From Meyerozyma guilliermondii (Eukaryota), in contig CP128815.1 of NCBI GenBank assembly GCA_051546255.1, positions 1,798,001 through 1,862,000 on the forward strand: a stretch of DNA of 64,000 bases, written 5' to 3'. Under the pieces are notes generated by a model, which ran no database searches, had not been told where the DNA came from, and saw only the letters and a list, made by a program, of their open reading frames with translations. Position 1 is the first letter of the stretch. Each line of letters opens with the position of its first letter. This document shows, piece by piece, positions 11,502-21,872 of the stretch. The position numbers and the translations under genes are program-made.

Positions 11502-12230
11502 ATGGAAGACACCACTGTTGTCAGTATTTCCGGGCTCCCGTTCGACCAGACGGAAGAGCAAGTGATGGAGATAGCTCGCTCGGTGGGCCCTGTTGAAGAA
11601 CTTAGACTCATCTTCGACACCATGACAGGAAAGTCTAAAGGCTCAGCCTACGTTAAGTATAGTGAACATGAAACGGCCGCCTCCGCTGTGCGCAACTTGA
11701 ATAATCTTATGGTGGGAACCAGAAATATCAAGTGTAGTTTTTCGAGTGACCAGTTTATTTCTGGCTCGATGGGAGACAGCGATCCCATGAACCAGATCCC
11801 TCCACTTCCTTTGGGAATGCAAATATATGGTAACCAGAACCCAGCACAGGTCATAGCAAATGCTCTCTCCTCGTTGGACCAGACGGCGGCATACCAGATC
11901 ATCAAGGACGCCAGACAAATGAGTATTGATAATCCACCATTGATGAAAAGGTTGTTGGAGCAGGCACCACAACTCTCGCATGCGCTAGTGGAAATATGTT
12001 TACTACTCAATTTGACCAACCGAGACCTCGTTGAGCTCTGTCTCAACCGGAAACAGATGGCTCTTGACGAGTTGACCGATGAGCACGCCGAATTGTTGCG
12101 ACAGATATATCGACTCACCGATGAGGAAACTCGGTCGCTCACAGCGGACAAACGCAGAATTATAACCAGCATCAAGGAAGAAATAGATAATGGCAGCTAC
12201 GGGCAAATATTGGAGACCACTAATGCATGA
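11502..12230 (+). CDS. RNA15: CF IA subunit Rna15 (CstF-64 family RRM protein)
   Basis: RRM (PFDQTEEQ...TGKSKG...ASAVRNLN) plus CSTF2 hinge (APQLSHAL). Divergent from DST1, as recalled for S. cerevisiae. Confidence 0.85.
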   Translation: MEDTTVVSISGLPFDQTEEQVMEIARSVGPVEELRLIFDTMTGKSKGSAYVKYSEHETAASAVRNLNNLMVGTRNIKCSFSSDQFISGSMGDSDPMNQIPPLPLGMQIYGNQNPAQVIANALSSLDQTAAYQIIKDARQMSIDNPPLMKRLLEQAPQLSHALVEICLLLNLTNRDLVELCLNRKQMALDELTDEHAELLRQIYRLTDEETRSLTADKRRIITSIKEEIDNGSYGQILETTNA

Positions 12231-12342
12231 TGACGATTTCTGAATGTAGACTAAAATTGGGAGGTGTAACTCTTCATAACTACTCTGGTAGCTCTAGCAC
12301 AGATTCCTTCTGGCTACCCACCAGCAAAAAACCACAAGACAC

Positions 12343-12414
12343 TCCGATATAGTGTAACGGCTAGCACGGTTCGCTTTCACCGAGCAGACCCGGGTTCGAC
12401 TCCCGGTATCGGAA
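12343..12414 (+). tRNA. tRNA-Glu, anticodon UUC, 72 nt, no intron
   Basis: Acceptor stem TCCGATA/TATCGGA, anticodon arm GTTCG-CTTTCAC-CGAGC, B-box GGTTCGACTCC, followed by a poly-T Pol III terminator. Confidence 0.97.
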
Positions 12415-12522
12415 ATTTTTTTTGTCGTTCAATACTCCGTGTGCAGTTTTGCGAACGGTGGTTTTTTGTTTGTATTCTCCTCGGAATCTTTTACATTTTT
12501 ATTATAGCATTTTCACCGCATC

Positions 12523-13503
12523 ATGAGTCGCCAAGGACCTTTCGTCGGCTCGACCATTCTCTTCGTCGGTCTGATTCCCTTTGACTGGGATGAATCCATG
12601 CTAAAACTGGTAGTCGCTGGCTCTGGAAATATCGTAGATGTTCGATTGGGATTCGATTTTGCAGGTAAAAACAAAGGATACGGGTTTGTGGAGTACCAGA
12701 ATGCACAGGAGGCACAAAAAGGATTGAGCTTATTGAGTCAAATCATGATATATCAACCAAATGGTCAACCCAAACGCCTACGAGTCGAGTTGTCGAAGGA
12801 AGGTTTGCGTAGTGGAAATAACCAAGAGAAAGCTTTGCTACCATTGGACCGATCGCGTCTCCCTAATAATGTCCAGCTTCCCCCCGATATGCTTTTCAAT
12901 GCCAATAATACGCCGCCTCCAACTTCGCAACAGAATTCATTACCACCACTGCTCCCACAAGCACCCTCTGCATCGTTCGCTGGAAGTCCCATGCCTCCTC
13001 ATTTACTCTCTGCCAACAGTACGCTTCCTCCTTTTCCCAACGGAGTTCTGCCGTTCGAAATCCCCGATAAAATTAATGATACTTTGAGCAAGATACCGCC
13101 CGCTCAACTCATCGAATTGATATCAAACCTCAAAAACATTTTGACGGGACCAAATGCAGCTCGTGCAGCTGATGTGTTCCAATTGTCTCCGCACCTTGCA
13201 TCGTCGGCCGCCCAGGCACTTTTGTTGATGGGTTTCATCGACTCTGACGTCATTGCCGAGTCAATGAAAAGTACTCAAGTCAAGCTGGAACCTGGGGTCA
13301 ACTTCTCAAAACCGCCTCAGGCTCCCGTCCAAAATTCCCGCTGGCCCCATTTGCCTCCACAGACAGTGCAAAAGTTGACAACTATGGCGCCAGATCAGGC
13401 CGACCTCATAGCACAGGTATTGTCGATTCCCCAGGACCAAATTAATGCTCTTCCTCCAGACAAACAAACCATGGTTCTCACGTTGCGGTCTCAGTACTTG
13501 TAG
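12523..13503 (+). CDS. PTI1: CPF-associated CstF-64-like protein Pti1
   Basis: RRM (IPFDWD...VAGSG...NKGYGFVEY), Pro-rich linker, hinge (IPPAQLIELISNLK...AQALLLMG) and CSTF_C-like tail (QINALPPDKQ). Confidence 0.8.
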   Translation: MSRQGPFVGSTILFVGLIPFDWDESMLKLVVAGSGNIVDVRLGFDFAGKNKGYGFVEYQNAQEAQKGLSLLSQIMIYQPNGQPKRLRVELSKEGLRSGNNQEKALLPLDRSRLPNNVQLPPDMLFNANNTPPPTSQQNSLPPLLPQAPSASFAGSPMPPHLLSANSTLPPFPNGVLPFEIPDKINDTLSKIPPAQLIELISNLKNILTGPNAARAADVFQLSPHLASSAAQALLLMGFIDSDVIAESMKSTQVKLEPGVNFSKPPQAPVQNSRWPHLPPQTVQKLTTMAPDQADLIAQVLSIPQDQINALPPDKQTMVLTLRSQYL

Positions 13504-13658
13504 CTAATTATATAATATAGTACAGCGCAATGACTTCTGCAATTACTTCTTCAATGACTTCTTCAATAACGGCTGCAATCTTGGCTACTGCCTTGGAGCT
13601 TTCCTGCATGCATTGCTTATTCGCAACCTTCAGTCGATCACGATCAGACGACACTACA

Positions 13659-14753
13659 ATGGATAATTTTATGAGCACGGCAGTGTTCGATTTGGACCTA
13701 GATAGCGGTACACTGAGTACGGATGTCCCAGCATTACTACGTGCAATCTTGAACAGAACGTTGAATGGGGGTCTGTTCAATAAAAAATCTGCATCGGAGA
13801 GAGTCATAAAGTCATTAAAGGACCTTCCATTACTGTCGATTTTGGAGAAAGAGTGTCCTATTTGCTATGAACTGTTCGAGGAGAAATCACAAAAGAACCC
13901 CAAAAAGCCAAATACTTGTCCAGAAAAGGTAGTTGGTGCTAGTCGGGAAATCAAAAACCTTCTTTTGAAGATGAATGACAAATCGTATCAGTTTGTAGAA
14001 GATGCGCAGCAGTTTGACGACCCATCACTTTTCTTTCCTGATGACGAAGTGGCATCGAGCCATACTCGTTTTCCAATGAGAAACATAATTACCTTGGAGG
14101 AACCGTCGCTGGAGCAGATTCTACCTGGTTCAATGACAAGAGAAGATAAACTAAAGCAACAGATAAACGAAGCAGGCCATACTCCCGTCAAAATGCCAAG
14201 CTGTGAGCATATCTTCGGAAGGGCATGTATCATACAATGGCTCAAAAGCAGCGTAACATGTCCTCTTTGTAGGTCAGAAGTTGAGGTGGGACAGCAATCA
14301 GATTCTCGTGTTCGCAAAGCAGAAGAGCTTAGGGATACAACCCAGCTTGTTTTCAACGATCAAGACAATGCTATTGACCATTTGGCTAATCATCTGACCA
14401 ATGTTTTTTACCCTTACAGAAGACCCTATGCTCCACAAATCACATCGCTCACAGACTCGTTCATACCACAAGCCATTGCAACCCCTTCCCGAGAGAATGC
14501 CGTGGGGTGCCCCGAGCCCGAACTTGTGATCCCACGGCCATTTCCTATAGGTGAGGGCCCCATTTTGGTCAGCCATACAGTTCCTGTAGCAGCAGTGAGT
14601 ACTGACGAAAATTCACCTCGAGGTGCATGGCCATGGCTTCGCAACCTACAACCGCCTTCAGCGAACAGAGGTGGTGGGCCAGACCGGTCTCGAAGATCTC
14701 CACTGGCACAGAGCAGAAGTCACCCGTACACACGGCCGGATGAAAGGCAGTAG
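13659..14753 (+). CDS. SAN1: San1-like RING E3 ubiquitin ligase
   Basis: RING split by a long insertion: CPICY ... CEHIFGRACIIQW...CPLCR, with San1's G in place of a ligand. Start is uncertain (13530 or 13659). Confidence 0.65.
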   Translation: MDNFMSTAVFDLDLDSGTLSTDVPALLRAILNRTLNGGLFNKKSASERVIKSLKDLPLLSILEKECPICYELFEEKSQKNPKKPNTCPEKVVGASREIKNLLLKMNDKSYQFVEDAQQFDDPSLFFPDDEVASSHTRFPMRNIITLEEPSLEQILPGSMTREDKLKQQINEAGHTPVKMPSCEHIFGRACIIQWLKSSVTCPLCRSEVEVGQQSDSRVRKAEELRDTTQLVFNDQDNAIDHLANHLTNVFYPYRRPYAPQITSLTDSFIPQAIATPSRENAVGCPEPELVIPRPFPIGEGPILVSHTVPVAAVSTDENSPRGAWPWLRNLQPPSANRGGGPDRSRRSPLAQSRSHPYTRPDERQ

Positions 14754-14943
14754 GAAAGGAACTGAAAAAAAGTGAAAAGCTAAAGAAGTGACAAGCTAAT
14801 CGAAGAGAAGGGTCACCGCGAAAGAATAGCAGAATTGAATATGAAGGCTAAGACAAAAATATTACAGGAATATGTGGGGAAGAACAAAGCTGAAAGGACA
14901 ATTGGTGGGGTACAAAGGAAGATAAAGAACAAAAGAGACCGTA

Positions 14944-14983
14944 CGAGGACAAGCGAGAACCTACGAGAACAAACGAGAACAAG
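14944..14983. repeat. Four imperfect 10-bp tandem repeats, CGAG(A/G)ACnnn
   Basis: cgaggacaag cgagaaccta cgagaacaaa cgagaacaag, read directly from the sequence. Confidence 0.7.
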
Positions 14984-15447
14984 GATTATCAGATAAAGCT
15001 ATTCGACCATTTCATTTCTGCTTGCTCCTCACGCAATGCGAGGCGTCAGAAGGCGGTTACTGAACTTTCTTTTGCAGCCGCGCAAAGCCTCGAATAGCAT
15101 GAATGATGTTCTGGGGTGTCTATTTGTTGCCAATGGGTTTCCGAGCCCCTTCTAATCCATTGTCTTATTGGTCAATTTCTAAGGTTTCAGAGCTCTTTTT
15201 CTTTCAGAGCTCTTTTTTTCGGTGCTTTCACCTCCCAAACTGACATTTACCGCTGTGTTCGAGCTCCGCACTTTTAACCGAAGTGCGGCGGCTTTTCGTC
15301 CGATTTGCAGACGGCTGTCTAATTCGGGCCGAGTCCTGCACCCCGCGCAGGGGATGATGGGCCTGTCAATTTTTCTTTATTTGTGCCCGGTATATCTGGA
15401 TGGACCCTGGTCCTTGTTACTATTAATCGAGCGTACCGGTGCAAACC

Positions 15448-16479
15448 ATGGGCGAGTCCAAAGATTGCGATTCTCTGCTATCGAAGGGGTCAACACGCTA
15501 TTTTGAGTTCCCTTTTCACTGTGATGACGTTAGATTAAAAGACACAAAATCGAGTCTCGAATCGGGAATAAGGTTGTCGTTGGCCCACTACCAAGAAGCA
15601 CACGAGTGTTTTGTGAACGAAGAGTATTATCGAGCGCTGTGGCGCCAGCGAGAAGCAGAATCGGCTGCTGAGGAAGAGGTGTTGGAAGTAGATCGTGAAT
15701 CATTAAGTGAAAATCATTTGGTGGGGTCACCTGGAAATAAGCCAGTGATTCGCTTTTTCACCCAGAACGAACCGGGAGTCATAGCAAGAAGAGTGAGAGA
15801 TGCACTTGTATCTTATTCGGGAAAGAATGAGCCAGCTGTGGATGCAGAGGTGGAAAACTATGTCATCAATTGCGTAGCCCAAAGAGAACCCAGGAGTCAC
15901 AAATGGGACGACGATGACCTTGTGGCTTACGTGGGCGAGTTGGTGACGGAAAAGTACTTTGATGACCACATCGATGATTTTGTTGATGGGGTAACGTCGC
16001 ACATGTACTTTAACGTGATGCTGTATGAACCACTGATGCAAAAACAAATCGAATGCCCCAATTTCTATGCCAAATACATTCTGGTATGGAAGTACGATGG
16101 TGATTTCCATACCATGTATGACTCGCAATGCTTTATCGATGACTATTTTTCACGTCTGCATGTTATGTCTGGTGACTGCTGGGGCAGTATGCGAGAATTG
16201 CTTCAGAAAAATGGCGTGTTGATGAATGTCGACAAGTTCCGTCATTACTTTCGCCGAAGCCAAACTCGAGGCGAGCACATCGAAGTGGACGAAACCAGTA
16301 TATATCTGTCCCACGAAGATTCTGCTGCCATCATGGACTACTCACCATCATACGAAACTTCCAGCGAGAGCTCAGTGCCTCGGTCTGTAAAGGCTGTGCA
16401 CTTTGAACCCGCGCCAAGATTGCTTCATATAAATCAGCAAGAAGCACCGGCTTATGTATATTTAGATGCCGTCGAATAG
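15448..16479 (+). CDS. Hypothetical acidic protein of about 343 aa; no family recognised
   Basis: Long ORF in an otherwise unoccupied interval; first ATG at 15448. Confidence 0.7.
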   Translation: MGESKDCDSLLSKGSTRYFEFPFHCDDVRLKDTKSSLESGIRLSLAHYQEAHECFVNEEYYRALWRQREAESAAEEEVLEVDRESLSENHLVGSPGNKPVIRFFTQNEPGVIARRVRDALVSYSGKNEPAVDAEVENYVINCVAQREPRSHKWDDDDLVAYVGELVTEKYFDDHIDDFVDGVTSHMYFNVMLYEPLMQKQIECPNFYAKYILVWKYDGDFHTMYDSQCFIDDYFSRLHVMSGDCWGSMRELLQKNGVLMNVDKFRHYFRRSQTRGEHIEVDETSIYLSHEDSAAIMDYSPSYETSSESSVPRSVKAVHFEPAPRLLHINQQEAPAYVYLDAVE

Positions 16480-16745
16480 CATACATAGATGATAGAAACG
16501 CACACTACAAATTATCCTTGAAATTGCTTTATGTTTTGTACTGATTTTATGTCTTCCACTCTTCTCTACTTTCGCCTCTTCTCGTTTTTTCTCCCTCAAT
16601 TTCTCCCTCACTTCTCCCTCACTTTTCTTCCTATCTTTCTCACCTCTCTCTTCTCTCTTCGCATTTTATCCGCGCGCTCATCTTTACTACCCCACAGTGC
16701 TTTCTATTAAGCTGCTTGTGGGATCCAGACCCACCCCACGTCATC

Positions 16746-19700
16746 ATGAGTGACGAAGACGAGAAAGCAAAAAAGAGAAGACGCACTCTAGGTTCTTTTC
16801 CTTGTCCTGACTGCGATAAAGTTTTCACCAGATCTGACCATCTTGCGAGACATCACCTCAACCATGATCCCAAAGAAGTGTTCGAGTGTCGGTTCATTAT
16901 TAGCCATTTTGGAGGCGAAAAACGAAAGTGCGGTAAGCAATTTGTCCGCAAAGATCTCCGAGATCGTCATATGAAAAGACATCTCGATCCAGATCCGAAA
17001 ACTTTGACAGCCTCAAAACATTCAACTGACTCAAAAATTTCGTCTGACCAACTTTCGTCGGACCAGAGGCTTCCGCCTGAACAGCAGCGGTCGCTTTCTG
17101 AGTCCTCCACATCGTCACCAATGTCCAAAATTCAAAAAGATGCACCCTCAAATGTACCTTTGTCTGCAATTGGGAACCGTGAAAAAAACTACGAAAACCC
17201 ACATAATATCCAAACTCCAGTCTTTCCACCCAATGTTCCGCCTTCTGTTTCGCCGCTTGTAACTACTCCGAATGGCATGAACTCGGCGCTCACTAGTTTG
17301 CACGGATATCATCGACCTTCGGCCCCCAATGAGCCGCTTCCTCAACCCCAGAATTTTGCTTGGCCCGAGCCGTACCACCAACTGATTCCACCTCAGCTGC
17401 AGCCACAACTTCCCTCTCCTGGTCAATTTCCCTTGAACTCGCACATTCCATACTCTCAAACCGATATTCTCTCTTGGTTATTTACAGACTCACCTCCTAA
17501 TGCAATTCCCGCTAATGAAATGTCTCCCGGACACCAGCTCAGAAACGAGATCTTCACGTCTCCAATTGTCGCTTCACCGCTTGGTGGATCACAAGTATCC
17601 CCATTTGCTAATAACTTAATACACCAAAATCAAAATGTGAATCACGAGCAGGCTACGGCGGACCAACTAATGAATGTCAACGATCCATATCGCAATTATG
17701 GGTTCCAAGATTCCAACGTTTTCTCCACGATCGAAAATCCGTTGGACGAAGTTTTCTGGAGAAATTATCTGGACCAGCTTGACGGAGTTGCACGGAAAGC
17801 TCGCATGGCTTCAACAGCATCCTCTAGCTCACCATCGAATACTGCCGAATCTGGCTCCTCTCCTGATTCTAGCAGTACCAATAGCTCACGAATTGGCATC
17901 AAAATTCATCCGTTCATTGAAGAACATGCTTCCAGAATTAATACTCCCCACAAAAAGCACCTTTACATTGACACCCTAATTCTCGACCTGCTACTCAAAT
18001 GTCTTCCGTCAATTACCAGAGCCAGTCTCAAGCTAACCCTCCAGCATACAAATGTGTCTTTCACTGTGGAAGACCATCTTTCCTTCTATCTCTCAGTTTA
18101 CTGGCTGATATTTCATCCTCAGTTCTCCATTCTTCATAAGCCATCGTTTGATACCAAGAATTGCGAGCCGCCTCTTCTTTGGGCCATGATTATTGTTGGA
18201 TGCAATTACTGTCACTCCGCGGAAGCGGCGTTGGACAACAAGAAAACTCCCGAACGGCTCTTGAGTGATCTTGTCATTCCTCCAATAAGATACGTCATTT
18301 TTGAGCACGAAGATTTCAAAACACCAATCAGACTTTGGATCTTACAAAGCTTGAACCTCATAGAGTGGTGTGAAAAGAACTTTCTACTGCGACGGATGCA
18401 CGAACGAGGACATATTCATCACGGCACAAATGTACAGCTTCTTCGGCGATCGCCTCTATTAGGTGGAAATCCAGCCTCTAAGAATAAAACGGGCCAAACT
18501 CCCGGCAGTACTTCAAGTACTGGAGAAGATGAATCGGATGCAGATGCCGCTTTGAACAGCTCCAACGATGATACAACTGATAGCGATCTTTTCATAAAGT
18601 GGTTGGAATCTGAGTCGTTAAAGCGTATCACATTCATGACGTTCTACCTTGATATCATGGATTACATCAAGTTTCGGCACAACCCGCAAATTGCATTTTT
18701 TCAGGTTCAGCTTTTGAATCTTCCTTGTGATGACGAGAACTTGTGGGAGTCGTTTGAGGTGAATGGATCGTTTCGCAAGATTGTGAAGCGTCAAAGAAAA
18801 TTACAACAACAGCAACGCAACCATATGCCGAAGAAGGACTCGAGTTTATTCAGAATCAAGAGCGGTGATAGTTTCTTGAGTGTGTTGAAGAAATTGCTTC
18901 GTTCTGGTAGCAATCTGAAGAGCTGGCCGGTGACAAAACTCTCCTTGTTCAACAGAAAATTGGTGTTTGCTGGGTTGGTATCATTGATGTATCAAATGCA
19001 GCAGACGGAACTTCAGAATAGCTGGTCGCTTCTAGCTTCGAATCATACCAAAGGAGCTCAATCGAATAATAGTCTACTACAACAATGGAAAATCACCTTG
19101 ACAAATGCTTTTGAGAAATGGAATACAACTGTGAATGGCCCTTGCTGCCAGCCATCTTTGAAGCCACCATCAAAGCTCTTCATGAACGTGTTGACGACGC
19201 AATGCAAATATGCGCTTTTTCACTTGACACAGATCATTGGTATGGGCGATATAAACCATTACGATATTGCAATTTTTGGTGGGTCCCCAGCAAATATGAG
19301 TGTCGATGCCTCTTTGAAAGATCAGTATATTGTTCAAGCCAAATTAAAGAAAATGTGGCAGAAGAACAAGAATGGTACTGACTTGATTAACCTCAAAGGT
19401 GTAATTCATTGCTACATCCTACTCTGGGAGTTGATGTTGGGTCCTTCAGATTACAGTTTTCTTGACTGGCACGCCAATCAAGATTACTTTGATGGCATGT
19501 ATGCTACTGCAATTGCTACTCTAGTGTTGTGGAGTTATGTCTTTTCGATCTGCGGTAAAGAGTCCCAGGTGTACAATGAGGAAATTGGGAAGTTACAAAC
19601 ATATGCTGATCTTTCTAAGATAAGCACTGAAGGTGGGTATGAGTACTTGAAAAGAATACGGATGGTTTTTGATTCGAAACTGGAACCCAAGTATGACTCT

Positions 19701-19919
19701 ACCGGTCAACTAAAAATACATCGGTGCTGTGAGATTCTTCCATCTATCCCAAAGAAAAATAACATAAGTGGTCTCTGCTTTTTAGTGGGTACTCGGTTAC
19801 TCGAAAGTCAATGGGACGTGATTCGTGAAAATGCCAAACTTATCATACATTGTGGGTTTAGGTCCATTGGCAAGACGAATGCAACATGCTCCAATTTGTT
19901 TGAAAACGAACTAGATTGA
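16746..19919 (+). CDS. C2H2 zinc-finger transcription factor with fungal-specific TF (middle homology) domain, YPR022C/Sdd4-like
   Basis: CPDCDKVFTRSDHLARHHLNH and CGKQFVRKDLRDRHMKRH fingers; YWLIFHPQFSILHKPSF middle-homology motif. First ATG at 16746. Confidence 0.85.
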   Translation: MSDEDEKAKKRRRTLGSFPCPDCDKVFTRSDHLARHHLNHDPKEVFECRFIISHFGGEKRKCGKQFVRKDLRDRHMKRHLDPDPKTLTASKHSTDSKISSDQLSSDQRLPPEQQRSLSESSTSSPMSKIQKDAPSNVPLSAIGNREKNYENPHNIQTPVFPPNVPPSVSPLVTTPNGMNSALTSLHGYHRPSAPNEPLPQPQNFAWPEPYHQLIPPQLQPQLPSPGQFPLNSHIPYSQTDILSWLFTDSPPNAIPANEMSPGHQLRNEIFTSPIVASPLGGSQVSPFANNLIHQNQNVNHEQATADQLMNVNDPYRNYGFQDSNVFSTIENPLDEVFWRNYLDQLDGVARKARMASTASSSSPSNTAESGSSPDSSSTNSSRIGIKIHPFIEEHASRINTPHKKHLYIDTLILDLLLKCLPSITRASLKLTLQHTNVSFTVEDHLSFYLSVYWLIFHPQFSILHKPSFDTKNCEPPLLWAMIIVGCNYCHSAEAALDNKKTPERLLSDLVIPPIRYVIFEHEDFKTPIRLWILQSLNLIEWCEKNFLLRRMHERGHIHHGTNVQLLRRSPLLGGNPASKNKTGQTPGSTSSTGEDESDADAALNSSNDDTTDSDLFIKWLESESLKRITFMTFYLDIMDYIKFRHNPQIAFFQVQLLNLPCDDENLWESFEVNGSFRKIVKRQRKLQQQQRNHMPKKDSSLFRIKSGDSFLSVLKKLLRSGSNLKSWPVTKLSLFNRKLVFAGLVSLMYQMQQTELQNSWSLLASNHTKGAQSNNSLLQQWKITLTNAFEKWNTTVNGPCCQPSLKPPSKLFMNVLTTQCKYALFHLTQIIGMGDINHYDIAIFGGSPANMSVDASLKDQYIVQAKLKKMWQKNKNGTDLINLKGVIHCYILLWELMLGPSDYSFLDWHANQDYFDGMYATAIATLVLWSYVFSICGKESQVYNEEIGKLQTYADLSKISTEGGYEYLKRIRMVFDSKLEPKYDSTGQLKIHRCCEILPSIPKKNNISGLCFLVGTRLLESQWDVIRENAKLIIHCGFRSIGKTNATCSNLFENELD

Positions 19920-19992
19920 GTTCTATATAATGGCTAAAATTATCGTAAGAGGAACGTCATGGCTAAAATGGGAAATGTAGGGTAGAATGCTA

Positions 19993-20778
19993 TTAAACCA
20001 ATAATACGGCATTCACACAACCGTCTCTGTCTGGCTCGTTGGTGATCTGAGCATACTTACCCCACACAACTTTACCACCAGCAGTAACTAAACCCAACTC
20101 CGAAACATTGACTTCGATGATGGTTCCCTTGGTCAATACTCCCAATTGGGTGTACATGGGTGACTGAGGGTTCTTCTTGACACCCAAAATAGGAAGGAAA
20201 ACCGTGACTCCCAACTCAGGGTGGGTCACATTGGCCTTTTTCTGTCTTAATGCCGAAGGACGAATAATCCTCTCCATCTTAACTGGTCTACGAGTGAACC
20301 CTTCTCCCACGAATGTATGCTTGGTGATCATTCTCTTCCATGATTTTGTCTTCAGTTTTCCTGTTTTGATGACCTTGAACATCTCTTCCTCGGAAATACC
20401 CTTCACCTTGGGTAATGGTACGGAAAACTTATCTGCTTTCTCCATTCTCTTTTGCTTGATCGAGCTACTGATAGCCTTGGCAGTGTTGGTATCTTTACGG
20501 TCCAACAAGTATGTGGGCAACGCCTCGCCGTCGTTTTCCTTTGGTGTGGATGGTCCCTTGACCTTGGACTCCTGGTGGGCCTTTATCTTCTTTTTCATGG
20601 CCACCTTCTCGGAGTATCTCTGCTTGGCAAACTGCTTTCCTCTCCAGCCCTTCAATGTTTGGGCATCCTTGGCCACTCTATGGCCCTCTCTGGCAGCTCT
20701 CTTTCTCTTACGCTCCTCGTGGTCCAATCTACGACCATGCTGCTTTATGTGCTTTTCGATATATTCGTTTTGAGGCAT
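19993..20778 (-). CDS. NSA2: 60S ribosome biogenesis protein Nsa2
   Basis: Highly conserved termini MPQNEYIE and [10 protein letters not shown]. Confidence 0.97.
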   Translation of the reverse strand: MPQNEYIEKHIKQHGRRLDHEERKRKRAAREGHRVAKDAQTLKGWRGKQFAKQRYSEKVAMKKKIKAHQESKVKGPSTPKENDGEALPTYLLDRKDTNTAKAISSSIKQKRMEKADKFSVPLPKVKGISEEEMFKVIKTGKLKTKSWKRMITKHTFVGEGFTRRPVKMERIIRPSALRQKKANVTHPELGVTVFLPILGVKKNPQSPMYTQLGVLTKGTIIEVNVSELGLVTAGGKVVWGKYAQITNEPDRDGCVNAVLLV

Positions 20779-20900
20779 AGTTATCGATGTGGGGATGAGA
20801 TGAGCTGCGACAGAAAAAATTCCCTAGGCGATGTTCCTGCACAGGCCTCGCAACACCCATCAGGGCTGCGAAATGCGATGCGATGAGATTGACAGGCAAT
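20779..20900. promoter_or_regulatory. Bidirectional Ribi promoter with PAC and RRPE-like elements
   Basis: GATGAGATGAG (20794-20804), AGAAAAAATT (20812-20821) and GCGATGAG (20880-20887) lie between the divergent NSA2 and LCP5. Confidence 0.75.
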
Positions 20901-21872
20901 ATGACAGCGAATGTTGATGACTTGCTCCAGGGTATTATAGACTCCGCCGAGGCAACCCAGCGCTCCGTAAGCGCGTTAGACAAATCCTTGGATGCCGACA
21001 CAGTGCCGGAACTCGTTCAAGACATGTTGACGAAATTGGGTCAATCGGCGCCCGAAGGTTTGTCGTTACTTTCATTGAAAAATAGCGCTTTGCTTTCTTA
21101 TATCAACCAGTTGGCGCTCATCACGTTGTGCCACCTCAAGAGAATGCATGGTGACGACGTCGAGGAGGCCAGGAACCAGGCGATAGAAAACTCCATTGCA
21201 CAGCGGGTCTGCTTGGAGAAAGGTGTGAAGCCGCTTGAGAAGAAACTCAATTATCAGCTCGAGAAAACGATAGGATCGTATGTGAAGATGAAGGAAAACG
21301 AACAAAAGTTGGAGCAATCGCTCGAGAAAAATGGATCTGTTGAAGATCTGGATTCTGACGATGAATCTGATGATGAAAAACTTGCCCATAGACCAGATGC
21401 TACTGCCTTGGCCAAGATGTCAAGACCAAAAGATTCCGACAGTATCAGCACTAAAGAAAAGTATAAGCCTCCAAAAATCTCGGCTGTGGCACCTCCTACC
21501 AAAGACGCTCCTGTGCAGCGTAGTAATCGTAAGCTTCAAAGTATGGAAGAATACTTGCGAGAAAGTTCCGATTTGCCCCAAGTGGACCAATCTATTGGTA
21601 CAAATATCGTCGATCATGGTCGTGGTGGCATAAAGACACAAGCCGAGAGAAAGAAAGAGAAGGAAATTCAAGACTACGAAGAGAGCAATTTTATTAGATT
21701 ACCATCAACGTCCACGAAAACATCTGCCAAGCAAAAGCGTCACAATATGATGAACACATTTGCTGGAGAAGACTGGTCGATGTTCAATAATACCAGGGAC
21801 ATTTCTTCCAGTACGTCTCGGAAACGCAAACCAAATTCCGTATGGGACCGTGTGAAGCGCAAGAGAACATAG
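20901..21872 (+). CDS. LCP5: U3 snoRNP / SSU processome protein Lcp5 (Sas10/Utp3 family)
   Basis: GLSLLSLKN..LLSYI, LEKGVKPLEKKL.YQ, KYKPPKI and YEESNFIRLP motifs. Probable start 20901. Confidence 0.9.
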   Translation: MTANVDDLLQGIIDSAEATQRSVSALDKSLDADTVPELVQDMLTKLGQSAPEGLSLLSLKNSALLSYINQLALITLCHLKRMHGDDVEEARNQAIENSIAQRVCLEKGVKPLEKKLNYQLEKTIGSYVKMKENEQKLEQSLEKNGSVEDLDSDDESDDEKLAHRPDATALAKMSRPKDSDSISTKEKYKPPKISAVAPPTKDAPVQRSNRKLQSMEEYLRESSDLPQVDQSIGTNIVDHGRGGIKTQAERKKEKEIQDYEESNFIRLPSTSTKTSAKQKRHNMMNTFAGEDWSMFNNTRDISSSTSRKRKPNSVWDRVKRKRT

